A stretch of 64,000 bases of DNA. Source: Hypanus sabinus. Its lineage: Eukaryota. The notes beneath the pieces were generated by a model, which was not told the origin of the DNA, made no database searches, and saw nothing but the letters and a program-made list of their open reading frames with translations. The translations under genes were made by a program, and so were the position numbers. Positions 25,137 through 37,795 of the stretch are shown here, piece by piece (position 1 is the stretch's first letter; each line of letters starts with the position of its first letter). The stretch covers positions 57,784,001-57,848,000 of the forward strand of contig NC_082720.1 of NCBI RefSeq assembly GCF_030144855.1. The letters run 5' to 3'.

Positions 25137-26042
25137 ATGGCCGAGAAAAGTCGTTCTGGCATTGAACTGAGAAGTGGCAAGACTTTCCCTGAAATGGAGC
25201 AAATGGAACAAACCAAGAAAAATGAGGAGCCTGTTACACTAGCGGGAATATTTTCTTCAATGCAAAACATGAAGTTGGAATTCGGAATTCTTAATATTAA
25301 AATTGATAAGCTGGCCAGTTCAAACTGGAAGCTCGAAAAAGCTATTTCTACGATTTGAGACTCTCTGAAAAACTTGGACTCTCAACTTCAAACACTTCAG
25401 CAGACTACAACCCGAATTGAGAGTAAGCATGATCGATTCAAGCAAACTATTAAAGATCAAGGAATGAAGATATCTTCAATGGAAAAGAAAATCAATGAAA
25501 TTACCTCGGAGCTATCTAAAACAAAGAAAAGAATGGTTGATTTAGATAGTAGAGGGCATTGGAGGAACCTGCGTATTCTGAGACTGCCTGAAAATACTGA
25601 AGCTGGCGATCTGTTAAAATTCTTTTCAGATATGCTGTACTCACTTTTCAATGAGACCCTCGAAACTAGCCCCTTAATTGACAGAGCTCACAGAATTCCA
25701 TTTTCTCGGTGTTCAGCCGAATTACGTTCTCGAGCAGTTGTACTTTCTTTGCATTATTATACGAATAAAGAAGTTATTATTTGAGAAGTCAGAAAGAAAC
25801 AGAAATTATTCTTCAATTCAACACATATTCGTATAGTCGAAGATTATCCACTTGAGATCTTTGCCGAAAGGAAGAAATATCGCAAAGTTATGAGTGAAAT
25901 GTATAAATTAGATTTAAATCCCTCCCTTCACTTTCTAGCAAAGCTGATACTTTTTCCTGAAAAATCTCAATCATTGAGAATCTACTCTCTTCAGGAGGGA
26001 TGGGAGTATACTAAAAATCTTAAAGTTAAGCCTACTGAATAA
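25137..26042 (+). pseudogene. L1 ORF1 (coiled coil, RRM and CTD; about 301 codons, two in-frame TGA)
   Basis: Single frame from MAEKSRSG to KPTE*; motifs RNLRI.RLPE, IDRAHR, IRIVEDY, PSLHFLAKL; stops at 25356 and 25782. Confidence 0.9.
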
Positions 26043-26324
26043 AATATTAAAGTTACTCCGATTACTCAATAGGCAATTTTGAAGTATCTGCTGTATGAGT
26101 TGTTTATGGAGCTTTTGAGTTAAGTATGCGTTATACCTTTTCATTCTCTGGTATGGGACATGGTCGATTTATTTTTTTAATCTTATTAATAATTAGTACA
26201 TATATAACTGTCTTGTAGGAAACCTTTATAGTATTGTACTTTAGTGGTCTGTGTAGGACCTGTTGTGTACTAATCTTTTTATTTCTTTTATTTGCTTCAA
26301 TACTTATAGTTTTAGGTCTGTTTT

Positions 26325-26410
26325 ATGTATGTATGTATATATATATCTCTCTCTCTCTCTCTCTCTCTCTCTATACACACGCGCGCACACACACACATAT
26401 ATATATGTAC
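26325..26410. repeat. Compound (TATG)/(TA)/(TC)/(CA) microsatellite in the L1 inter-ORF spacer
   Basis: Read directly from the sequence. Confidence 0.9.
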
Positions 26411-26879
26411 TCATTTACTTTTCTTTTTCGAGAGAAAGAATATTGTTTGTAACATTATTTGCCCAGATTTATTCCTTCATTTGAATCTATGTTTAAGCTA
26501 CTTTAGCTGATTCTAAGATGGCTGTTGTCGATTATATTTTTATTAATGTTAGACATAACATCATAGTAGTTGAATTCTGTTTGTGCCTTTTATTTTGGCT
26601 ATTTTTCGTGGGATTTTTGCTTTTTTTTTATTATACAGAGCTGCAAGATGGAGAACAGGGTCAAAGGTTATTTGCACGGGACCAGCCTATCGGTTCCTTC
26701 ATTTCTATCTATTGAGTGGGGGGAGGGGTCTATTAGAGTAGGTTCTTTTCTTGATTGGGCAGTTTTTTTGATGGATTTCTCTTTCGTAAACGCATCACTC
26801 CTGGTTGTACCCGCGCCTTTTGGTTTAATCTGTACTTGCGTAACATTTCTCTTATATAATATTAAACTCAATTTTAAAC

Positions 26880-29800
26880 ATGGACGTTAATAAAATCAAA
26901 ATAATATCTTGGAATTGGAATGGCGTCAATCATCCCATTAAGCGTAAAAAGATTTTTAAGAAATTAATAATGCTGATATTATTTTTGTGCAAGGAAATCA
27001 CATATGAAAACAGGATGAGGACAGGTTTTTCTGCTTCTGGAAAGGGCCTTTATTTGACTTGCTGTCGGATAGTAAAACAAGAAGCGTTTCTATATTTCTT
27101 GGTCCCAAAATCCCTTTTGTACACCTTAATACTACTACTGATTCGACTGGAAGATATTTAATTGTTACTGGTTTATTATGCGAGCAAAAGGTAGCTCTAG
27201 TGTGTGTACATGCACCTAATGTAGATAATTATGATTTTTTTAAAGAAACTTTTTTCAGAATTACCTAATCTCAATGAAAATAAGCTGATCATGGGTGGTG
27301 ACTTTAATTGTTGCTTAAATCCGGCAATTGACAGGTCATCAACCAATCCGTCTCTTCCTAATAAAGCGGCAGCTTGTATTAACTCTTTTTTTCTTAGAAT
27401 ATGGTCTTGTCGATATTTGGAAATATAAACACCTCAATGATAAAGATTTCTCTTTTTTCTCACACGTCCATCATAAATATTCTCGAATTGATTACTTTTT
27501 TTTAGATACACGTCTGTTAAACTCCGTTGTTGAATGTGCGTATGACATCATTGAGCTTTCAGATCACGCGCCTTTAAAGCTAACCCTTAAGCTTTTGGAT
27601 AGATTTTTGAAAATCTCACAGTGGAGATTGAACCCCGTATTGTTACAGGATCCAGCTTTTGTTAATTTTATTAAGGAGCAAATTTCTATATTTTTTGAAT
27701 TTAATACAACTGAAGGAATGTCAAATCTGGTTATATGGGACACCTTCAAATCTTTTCTTAGGGGACAGATAATCTTGTATTCAGCAGCCTTAAGAAAGAA
27801 AACTAAAGCGGAATTGTCAGTGCTTATTAATAAAATTAAACAGATAGATAAAGCGTATTCAGTTAAACCTACTGAAGACCTATATAAAGAAAGGGTCGAA
27901 CTTCAATCACAGTATGATTTACTTCTGACCTTTCCCATTGAACAGCAAATTTTTAAATCTAAAAGTTTATTTTATATACATGGGGAAAAAATCTGCTAAA
28001 CTTTTAGCGGGTCAGTTAAAGAATGGGATGGTCAGAAGACAGATTTTAAAAATTTGCTGACCAGATAGAACAGAAACTTTAGATCCTTATGAACTTAATA
28101 AGATATTTATGGTCTTTTATTCTAATCTTTATAAATCTGAATTCTCTGATAGTACTATGACTATGAATAAATTTTTGCAAAGGTTAAACATACCCCAAAT
28201 TTTGATTCAAGATGCCGATATGTTAGATGCACCTATTAAACAAGAGGAGATAGCCAAGGCTATATCCTCTATGCAATTAGGTAAAGCTCCAGGACCTGAT
28301 GGTTATCCGGTAGAATTTTATAAGACCTTTCATGAAATGCTTATACCACATCTTCATCAAACGTTTACCAACTCTACATCCTCTGGGAACCTTCCTAAAA
28401 CTTTTTATGAAGCACTAATTTCATTGATTCCAGAAAAAGGAAAAGACCTACTGGAATGTGAATCCTATAGAACTATTTCTTTACTGAATGTAGATTTTAA
28501 AATTCTCTCTAAGATTCTAGCAAATAGGCTTGAGACTATCTTGCCTAATGTTATTTCAAACGATCAAACAGGATTTATTAAAAATAGGTACTCACATTTT
28601 AATATTTGAAGGTCATTAAATATCATTTATTCCCCCTCAGCCAAAGAATCATAATGTATTGTATCATTGGATGCAGAGAAAGCCTTTGATAGGGTGGAGT
28701 AGCCTTATCTATTTCAAGTTTTGAAGAGGTTTAATTTTGGTCCAGGATTTATTTCCTGGATTAAATTGATTTATCATGCCCCGATACCTGTGGTTTTAAC
28801 TAATAATCAAAAGTCTCCTTACTTTAGATTATATAGCAGTACCCGTCAGTGTTGTCCCCTTAGTCCTTTATTATTTAATTTGGCTTTAGAACCAATTGTT
28901 ATTGCTCTTAGGGATTCTCATTCTGTGCAGGGTATTAGGAGAGGGGATAAATTACATAAGGTTTTGTTATACGCGGATGATTTATTAGTTTATATTTCAA
29001 ATCCTAAGAAATCTACTCCTTCTATGTTATCTGTATTTATGGAATTTGGTACTTTTTCTCGATATAAACTTAATTTACATAAAAGTGAATTATTTCCTAA
29101 TAATAATTATTCTGATTATTATGATCAAATACCTTTTAACATCGCCAAAAACCATTTTACTTAACTTGGTATCAAAATTACAAAAAATTTTAAAGACCTA
29201 TATAGGTATAATTTCTTCCCTTTAGTTGAATATACTCAACAGGCGCTTTCTAAATGGTCACCTATGTCGATGTCATTGATAGGTTGAATAAATGCTATAA
29301 AAATGGTTATTCTACCGAAATTTTTATATATTCAAGCAGTTTTCTCTTTTGTTCCAAAACCATTTTTTGATAGATTCTCTGATTTTATCTTATGTTTCAA
29401 ATAATAAAAGCTCTAGAGTAAATAAACTTTGATTGCAAAAATCAAAAAAAGTTGGAGGACTGGTTTTACCAAACTTTAGATTTTATTATTGGGCAATTAC
29501 TATTTGTTATATTACTTTTTGGATTTATGATATAGACGACCAAGATCGACCTTCATGGTTACAGTTGGAGGAAAATTCAGTAATGGGGTTTTCGTTAGCT
29601 TCTTTATTAGGAGTTTCTCTTCTGTTTTCGCTCTCCAGAATAGGTAGACAAGCTCTTAACCCTATTGTTAAATATACTTTAAAAATTTGGTTTCAATTTC
29701 GTAGATTTTTTGAATGAAATGATTTTTTTTACTTTCTAGTAATATTTATTCTAATTTCTTTTTTAAACCATCAACTTTGGATAAGGCTTTTTTAACATGG

Positions 29801-30653
29801 AAAATTAAGGGAATAAAAACTTTTTTTGATTTGTTTTTACAAGACTGTTTAATGTCTTTTTCACAGTTAATGGATAAATATGATATCTCTAATACACATT
29901 TTTTCAGGTATTTACAGGTTAGGGATTTTGTTACGTGATTTTTTTACCGAATTACCCCTTGGCCTGCTCTTCAAATTTGGCTTATGTTATTTTTCAGTTT
30001 AAACCTTTTCAAAAATGATTAATAGCTATCATTTATAAACAGTTAATGAATGCTTGCATGTGGCCTAATGATAAGGTTCAACACACCTGGGAAGTAGAAC
30101 TTCAACATTCACTTTCAGATAGTCAATGGAGTAAAATTCATTATTTAGTCAATAATTCATCTATCTGCGCACGCCATATCTTAATTCAGTTTAAGATAGT
30201 ATATAGGGCCCATATGTTCAAAGATAAATAGGCGCATATTTTTTCTAATATATGCCCTATTTGTGATAGATGTAATGCAGAAATGGCTACTCTAACTCAT
30301 ATGTTTTGGTCATGTGTAAGCTTAAATAATTTTTGGAGGGATGTGTTTGGAATATTATCTAAAGTTATAGAATGTTCAACCTAATCCACTTACAGTAATT
30401 TTTGGGATTATTCCAGAGGAAGCAAGCAAAGAGTCTGCTTCCGCCCAACATGTGATAGCTTTTTCCAACTTTACTGGCTAGGAGAGCTATTTTGCGACAT
30501 CGGAAAGAATCTAACCCACCTAATGTTTTCTATTGGCTCTCCTCCATTACGTCATGTCTAAGCTTGGAGAAAATTAGAAGCCGGATATTTGATACATCCT
30601 TTAATTTTGAACAAGTCTGGCGACCCTTAATTCAATATTTTCACATGATTTAA
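26880..30653 (+). pseudogene. L1 ORF2 (APE endonuclease, RT and CCHC), disrupted
   Basis: ISWN.NG, MGGDFN, YSRIDYF, SDH, KAPGPDG, YRTISLLNVDFKILSKILANRL, DAEKAFDRV, PLSPLLF, YADD (28970) and CDRC..HMFWSC; multiple stops and frameshifts. Confidence 0.93.
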
Positions 30654-32718
30654 TTTAGTTTTATTTATTTATTTTTCTTTATTTTCTTTGAGGAAAATCC
30701 TTATCCATGAAGGTTCGGAGATGACTGGAAGGATGTGTTTTTTTTTCTCTGGTTTTTTTTTCTAATTTTATCCTCAATTGGTCTGCCCAATCTTTCTTTT
30801 TCTTTCCTTTTTTTAATTTCAGTTTAGTCAGTGGTTTTTTTTCCCCTTATCAATAAAATTTCCAATTTTTTTATGATTGTTATGAGGAGTTGTAGTTTTT
30901 TTGACCATTGTATATATAATAGCATGATATTTTACTTATTTGATTTTGATATTATATACTTTTTGTTTTTACTATTGCTGTTTATATGTCTTTTATATTA
31001 TCTACTTGCTCAATTCCTCTTCCCATTTGTATATTCTTTATTTGGAAATCAATAAAAAGATTGAAAAATGAAATGAAATGATAATGGCTGGGATCACCTG
31101 TCTTGTAAAGACACTGCCCAGAAGAAGGCAATGGCAAACTACTTCTGTAGAGAAATTTGCTAAGAACAACCTTGGTCATGCAAAGACCACAAATGTCCAT
31201 GTCATATGACATGGTACATAATGAATGAATTATTATTGTTGTCACACAAACAACAAGGAGATTTTGATCTAGTTAACTGTCACGGTAACACTGACTGAAA
31301 GATAAATATTGGGCAGGGAACTCTTGTAGGTTACTAAGGCAGGGTAATGTGATCTATTCGTCTAACTGGGCCTATGTTGAATATCTCCTCTGAGAAACAT
31401 CTTTTTTTCACAATGGAGTTACTGGCTATTAGCTCAAGTAATGAGTGGGGCTTGGTCCCAGTCTGCTGAAGGAGCCAATGGGTAAAGCTTGATGGTTCTC
31501 ATACTTGTTATGTGGTCTTACAATACAGACAGTAAATAATTAACCACAGTGTTCCTTGCCCCCCAGAGAAGGATCGCAGTGACAATGCTGTTCTCAATAT
31601 GCTGTAACAGGGAAGTATTAAATATCGATCATCTTTCAAATGTTTCAGGTCAAATTGAAGTTGATTGACAGACCTCTAAATCTAATAATTCTACAAGTGT
31701 GAATTTACATCCAGAAAAAACTTATGCTGCTATCTGTAAATTGTAAATATCAAAATACATAATCATAATCAATAGTACTATATCAGGGCACAGTAATAAA
31801 TTGGTAATCTGAAAAATTTTAACTTATTAAAAGATCGATGTTACTTACATAAAACAGAAGCTATTTCCTTTCACCACATTATAATTGCAGCCTCTCTGTT
31901 AAGGGTTGATGTCTTATTTCGTGGAGCTAAACCGTGACGGAAATGACCATTATCTACTATATCAGAGTGTCAGAGTGTCTGGATAAAGGCTTACATTTTT
32001 TTGACTGAGATGGGGGAACTACACATGACAGTGAACCTTGGGAGCTCTCTACCCCAAAGACATCTGGAATGGAGTTATTCAGCATGCTTTAGGCAGAGGT
32101 AGTTTCCTTTCATATATGCCCTGGGGAGATTGGGGGTTATGGGGATCAGCAAGAAAACTGGAGTAGAGACAGCAATCAGATCAACTGTAACATTGAATTG
32201 TGAAGCAGTTTCCAGGGTTCGAATGGTCTGCTCTTGCAGCTGTTGGTAATGCCCTTCACTGGAAATCTGGAACTTGAGACCCAAAGTGAGAATTTTAAAA
32301 CTGAGATTGGAAGAAGAAGAACGATAAGGTTTAAGGGAAACAAAAACAAGGTTAAAATTCTAATCAACTGAATCCAACTGAATTGATGTACAGGCTGGAG
32401 AGGTGACTATTATTAAACATTAGAAATAAAAAATTGATAACTACCTGAACACTTGACAAATATTTCATTACATTAGCAGGTTAAAAAAATTATCAATTTT
32501 AAATTGCTAACTTAAGATCAAAGTCTGGAATGCAACATCATTTTTCAAAATCATCCGGAAACTTGGAAAAAATTGTGCTCTGACACCAATATTTTGTGGA
32601 GATTAGTTTATCACATGGACACCAGTAAAGATGTCTTTCCTATTCTCCAGTCAAAATACTGCTGCTCAATATTGCTCAATGAAATTACCAACCATACTTC
32701 ACGCAGTCCTTTCAATTA

Positions 32719-32973
<255 letters not shown>

Positions 32974-35900
32974 CTAACAAACCAATTCAAGAATTACTCT
33001 GGTCTTGATTACAAGCAGGCCTTTTGAAAAATCCAAACAGGTTAATTAAAATATGACAAAAACTTCCAATGAGATGCTGAATAAATAAATCTATAATTCT
33101 GCATGTACTTGTATGAAAACAGATTTTAACGTGTTTAGAATTATTGCTGTACACCATAGAAACAAATCCTTTGCCCCATCACATCTTCTTAATTTTATTT
33201 GGAGATATAGTGCTGAACAGACCTTTCCAGCCCTTCAAGTCATGCAGCCCAGCAACCCACTTTAGCCCTAGCCTAATCACAGGACAATTCATAATGACCG
33301 ATTAACCTACTAACCAGTATATCTTTGGACTGTGTGGGGAAATCCGAGCACCCAGAGAAAACAGCATGAGCACGTGGGAAGGAATGTACAAACTTGCTTA
33401 GGAGTGCTGGAATTAAACTCCAAACTATGATGCCCTAAGCCATAATAGCATCTCTCTAACTGCTTCCTAAAGATAGTTTTATTTACTTAGAGATAGCAGG
33501 CCCTTCCAGCCCAATTACACCCACATGCCCAAATAACAAGCTAACCTACAAGCCTTTGTGATGTGAGAAGAAACTGGAGCACTTGGGGGAAAACTGTGCA
33601 ATCAGAGAGGATGAATAAATTCCTTACAGAGAGTGGTAGAGCTGTAACAGCATTACAATAACTACCATGCCACACCATACTTGTCAATACCAAGTGCTTT
33701 GCAATTTACACTAATTCCCTTTCTGGTATTAAGCCTGTTTTCTTCTATGTCTAGCTTGTCTAATTGTTTGTCTAAATGCTTATTAGACAAAGTGATTTAT
33801 CTGTCTCTACTACCTCCTCTGGTAGCAAGTTCCAGATATCAACTACCGCTGATGCAAAAAATGTACCCCTCAGATCTTCAGTGGGTGTGTGGAATGCACG
33901 AAGGCTGTGGTGGTAGAAGCGAATACAATAGGGTCTTTTAAGAGTCTCTTAGATAGGTACGTGGAGTTTAGAAAAATAGAGGGCTATGTGCTAGGGAAAT
34001 TCTAGGCAGTTTCGGGAAAGGTTAAATGGTCGGCACAACATTGTGGGCCAAAGGGCCTGCAATGTGCTGTAAATTTCTATATTCTATGTTCTTCTCCTTA
34101 AATCTATGAACTCTTGTTTTTTTGATGCCACTACCATGAGGAAAAAAGATTCTGACCATGAATTCTTCGTATGCCACTTATAATTTCATACATCTGATCA
34201 TGCATCCGCCCCTTTTCCCCAGAATATTCACTATTTCCTTATAACTGAAGTGCTCTAATCCATGTAACATTCAGATGAATCTTCTCAGCACACTGAACTG
34301 CAGTCATGTCCTTGCAGCAGTGTGGTGACCAGAACTGTGTGCAATATACCAAGTGCTGCCTAACCAAAGTCTGATAAAGTTGTAGTAATGACATGCTAAC
34401 TCTTATATTCTATGTTTTGGCCCATGATGGCCAGCACACACACCTTTCAGCTCAACTGGTGTGCCACTCCACTTTACATATTGCACCTTTACAAGAATAT
34501 TTGGGATAAGGAAGAAATGAAGCGCATGGGTATGTCTCAGTAATATTCAGCTCCAGCCTAAATTGTACACTTAAAATGGGGAAGGTATGATTGACACATT
34601 GCTTTACAACACCAACAATCACCAGTAAGGACTCAATTCCCACTGTTGCCTGTAACAAGTTTGTACATTGTCTCAGTGACCACATGGACTTCCTGTGTGC
34701 TTAGGTTTCCTTCCACATTCTAAAGACATATGAATTACAGTTAGTGAGCTGTGGGCATGCTATGTTGATGCCATATGTACAAGATTAGGGGAGGGAAGTT
34801 TAGGGGAGACATCAGGGGTAAGTTTTTTTACACAGAGGGTTGTGAGTGCCTGAAATGACTTGCCAGGGATGGTGGTGGAGGCTAAAACATTAGGGGTATT
34901 TAAGATCCTCTTGGACAGGCACATGGATGAAAGAAAAATGGAGGGTTATGGGGTAGTGCGGGTTTAGTACCTTTTTTCAATGATTATATGGGTCGGCACA
35001 ACATCATGGAGGGCTGAAGGGCCTGTATTGTGCTGTAGTGTTCTATGGTTCTATGTTTTCACTGTGAAAAATAAAGCTAATCTCATCTTAATATTAAATC
35101 ACACAATACAAGTATTTCACTCAAAAATTCAGAAGCACTCATACAGAGGACTGAAGGTATTTGCTGTTCTTTTCTGGAATTTTCTTTCAAGTATTCATTT
35201 TTTGGTAGGTGTATGCCACTCCTAAGGCCTATTGTCCTTGAGAAAGTGATGGTGAACAACCTTCTTCCGCAGCTGATTCCTTCTGGAGAATGCACACTGA
35301 TCATGCTGTAGGAAAGGTAGTTCCAGGATTCAGGCCCAGTGATGATAAAGGAACAATTATATATTTCCTAGCCAGGTAGGTCTGTGACTAAGAGGGGAAC
35401 TAACAGATGGCTGTTTTCCCCATACCTATAACTTTTCTGGGCATCATGATAAAGACTATGAATCAGTGAGGTGCTGCTGAACTGCATTACCTTACAAATT
35501 GTATGCACTGCTGCCAAGGTGGATGGGTGCCAATGCAAGTCAATAATGGAAGAGGATCCGGATCGAGAGCCTCACAACACCAGGGTCAGAAAAAATTAAT
35601 ACCCTCAACCATCAGGCTCTCGAATCAGAAGGAATAACTTCACTCACCACAACACTGAACTGAACCATGGATTCACTTTTAAGGACTCATCATCTCATGT
35701 CCTCGATATTTATTGCCTTTGTCGCTTTGGTTATTTGTCTTGTGTGCAGTCTTTCATTTACTGTGATTGCCCGCAAGAAAATGAATCTCAGGATTGTATG
35801 TATGTGGTGATGTATATGTACTTTGATAATAAATTTACTTTCAACCTTGATACCCAGCCTCTGACTAGTTCTTACAACTACAGTACTTGTCATGCCAGAA

Positions 35901-36960
35901 CAGTATCTAAGGCTGATTGTGACATAATTATTCATTTTAAATCTGTCAATCAAAATGTCAAACACAAAGATCTCTAATCTATCCTGAACAATGCTGAATA
36001 TTGTTGCAGCTTCACTAATCTATGCAAGTGAAATGTATTCTATCACATTCCTGATTTGTGGCTTGTGGATAGCCAAAGGCTCTGGGGTGTTGGGGTAAGT
36101 CATTTGTGACAGGATACCCAGCCTCTGACTTGTTCTGACAGCTGCAGTACTTGTGTTGTCAGATCAGGATTTCATGGCTGATGGTGAGGTTATTATTAAT
36201 CTTAAATCTGTTAATCAAAATATTAAGCATAATGAGACAAAGGTCAATGTATGGAGTGAGGCAGCTGATTAGTCATATCTCACTGAACAAGAGTGATGGA
36301 CTGTGGTTAGAAAATATTAAGATTTAAAAGAATTAACTTTATTTGTCACATGTACATCAAAACATATAGTGAAATATATCATCTGCATCAAATTAAATCA
36401 TCAGGAATTATGCTGGGCAGTTTGCAAGTGTCACCACACTTCTGGCACCAACATAGCATGCCCACATTTCATTAACCCCAATGTGCATCTTTGCAATGTG
36501 GGAGTACACTTAACAAACCCATGCATTGAAGGGGAGATTGTGCAAATTCCTTACAGACAGCGGTGGGAATCGAAAATCGATGCTGTAAAGCTTTGCACTA
36601 ACTGCTGCACTGCTGTGATGTCCCTGCTATACCAGAGGGGCTGAGTCACAGAGAGAAGTTGGCCAAGCTGGACCCTTATTCCCTAGAGCACAGGAGAATG
36701 AGACATGACCTCATAGAAGTTTATAAAATTATGAGTACTTTAGATAAGGTGGATGGTTACAGTCTTTTCCCCAGGTTTTGGGGAGTACAAATCCCTGTAC
36801 ATTCTGGCCATTCTCTGACCTCCCTCATTAACAATGTATTTTCACCCGCAAAACTGCAGTGCACTAAATTTTGAGTTTTTGTACCATTCTCTGAAAACTC
36901 CAGAGGCCCTGTTTGCACCAACAGTCATTTCATGATCACATTTCTTCCACATTGGCAACC

Positions 36961-37408
36961 CATACCGGCTGGGTAGCCTCCAACCTGATGGCATGAACAA
37001 TGACTTCTCTAACTTCTGTTAATGCCCCTCCTCCCCTTCTTACCCCATCCCTGATATATTTAGTTTCTTTCCCCCCCTCCCCTTTTTTTCTTTCTGTCTC
37101 TGCCCATCACTCTGCCTGTTCTCCATCTCCCTCTGGTGCTTCCCTCCCCCTTTCTTTCTCCCTAGGCCTCCTGTCCCATGATCCTTTCCTTTCTCTAGCT
37201 CAGTATCCCTTTTGCTAATCACCTTTCTGGCTCTCAGCTTCACTCCACCCCCTCTGGTCTTCTCCTATCATTTCGCATTTCCCCTCCCCCTCCAACTTTC
37301 AAATCTCTTACTATCTTCCCTTTCAGTTAGTCCTGACGAAGGGTCTTGGCCCAAAACGTTGACAGCACTTCTCCCTATAGATGCTGCCTGGCCTGCTGCG
37401 TTCCACCA
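36961..37408 (+). mobile_element. Penelope-like element 3' end (GIY-YIG C-terminus, CT-rich region, hammerhead terminus)
   Basis: Translates YRLGSLQPDGMNNDFSNFC*, a typical PLE endonuclease C-terminus, followed by a pyrimidine-rich tract, the HHR motif and gatgctgcctggcctgctg. Confidence 0.8.
37328..37365 (+). ncRNA. Minimal type I hammerhead ribozyme motif (G12A variant)
   Basis: TAGTC CTGACGA A GGGT CTTG GCCC AAAA CGTT GACAG: CUGANGA core and stem II intact, GAAA changed to AAAA. Confidence 0.65.
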
Positions 37409-37795
37409 AAATACTGGAGCAACTCAGCAGGTTGGGCAGCATATGGAAATAAACAAACTGTCAACGTTTCACACCAAGACCCTTCTTCAGGACTGGAAAG
37501 GAAGTGGGAGATGCCAGAATCAAAAGGCGGGGGGTAGGAGGGGAGAGGAGCTCTAAGGTGATGGAGGAAGCTGGGTGGAAGAAGTAAGAAGCTGGGAGGT
37601 GGTAAGTGGAAAAGGTAAAGGGCTGAAGAAGGAATCTGATAGGAGAGGAAAGTGGACCATGGGAAAAAGGGAAGGAGGAGGAGCACTGGGGGAGGTTATA
37701 GACAGGTAAGGAGGAGATGCACAAGGCCAGAATGGAGAGCAGAAGAAGCAAGAATGGGAGGAGGAAAAAATCAAATTACTGGAAGAAGAAAAACT
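37409..37795 (-). mobile_element. Inverted Penelope-like 3' end, tail-to-tail with 36961-37408
   Basis: Reverse-complement terminus, HHR and purine-rich (plus strand) tract ending near the ORF stop equivalent. Confidence 0.75.
37458..37495 (-). ncRNA. Minimal type I hammerhead motif, sense to the DIAPH1 pre-mRNA
   Basis: CAGTC CTGAAGA AGGGTCTTGGTGT GAAA CGTT GACAG: both core boxes intact, GUU site, weakened stems I and II. Confidence 0.6.

Larger units (their letters stand above)
24999..31078 (+). mobile_element. Full-length L1-clade LINE
   Basis: 14-bp TSD TGATAATGGCTGGG (24985-24998 and 31079-31092); short 5'UTR, ORF1, about 840-bp spacer, ORF2, T-rich 3'UTR, AATAAA at 31051, (AAATG)n tail. 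Confidence 0.95.
24925..31235 (+). mobile_element. Short host retroposon (RTE-like tail) split by the L1: pieces at about 24925-24998 and 31079-31235
   Basis: The sequence ..gaagagtattgataatggctggg|atcacctgtcttgtaaagacactgcccagaagaaggcaatggcaaac.. is contiguous across the TSD and ends in (ATGA)n. Confidence 0.6.
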
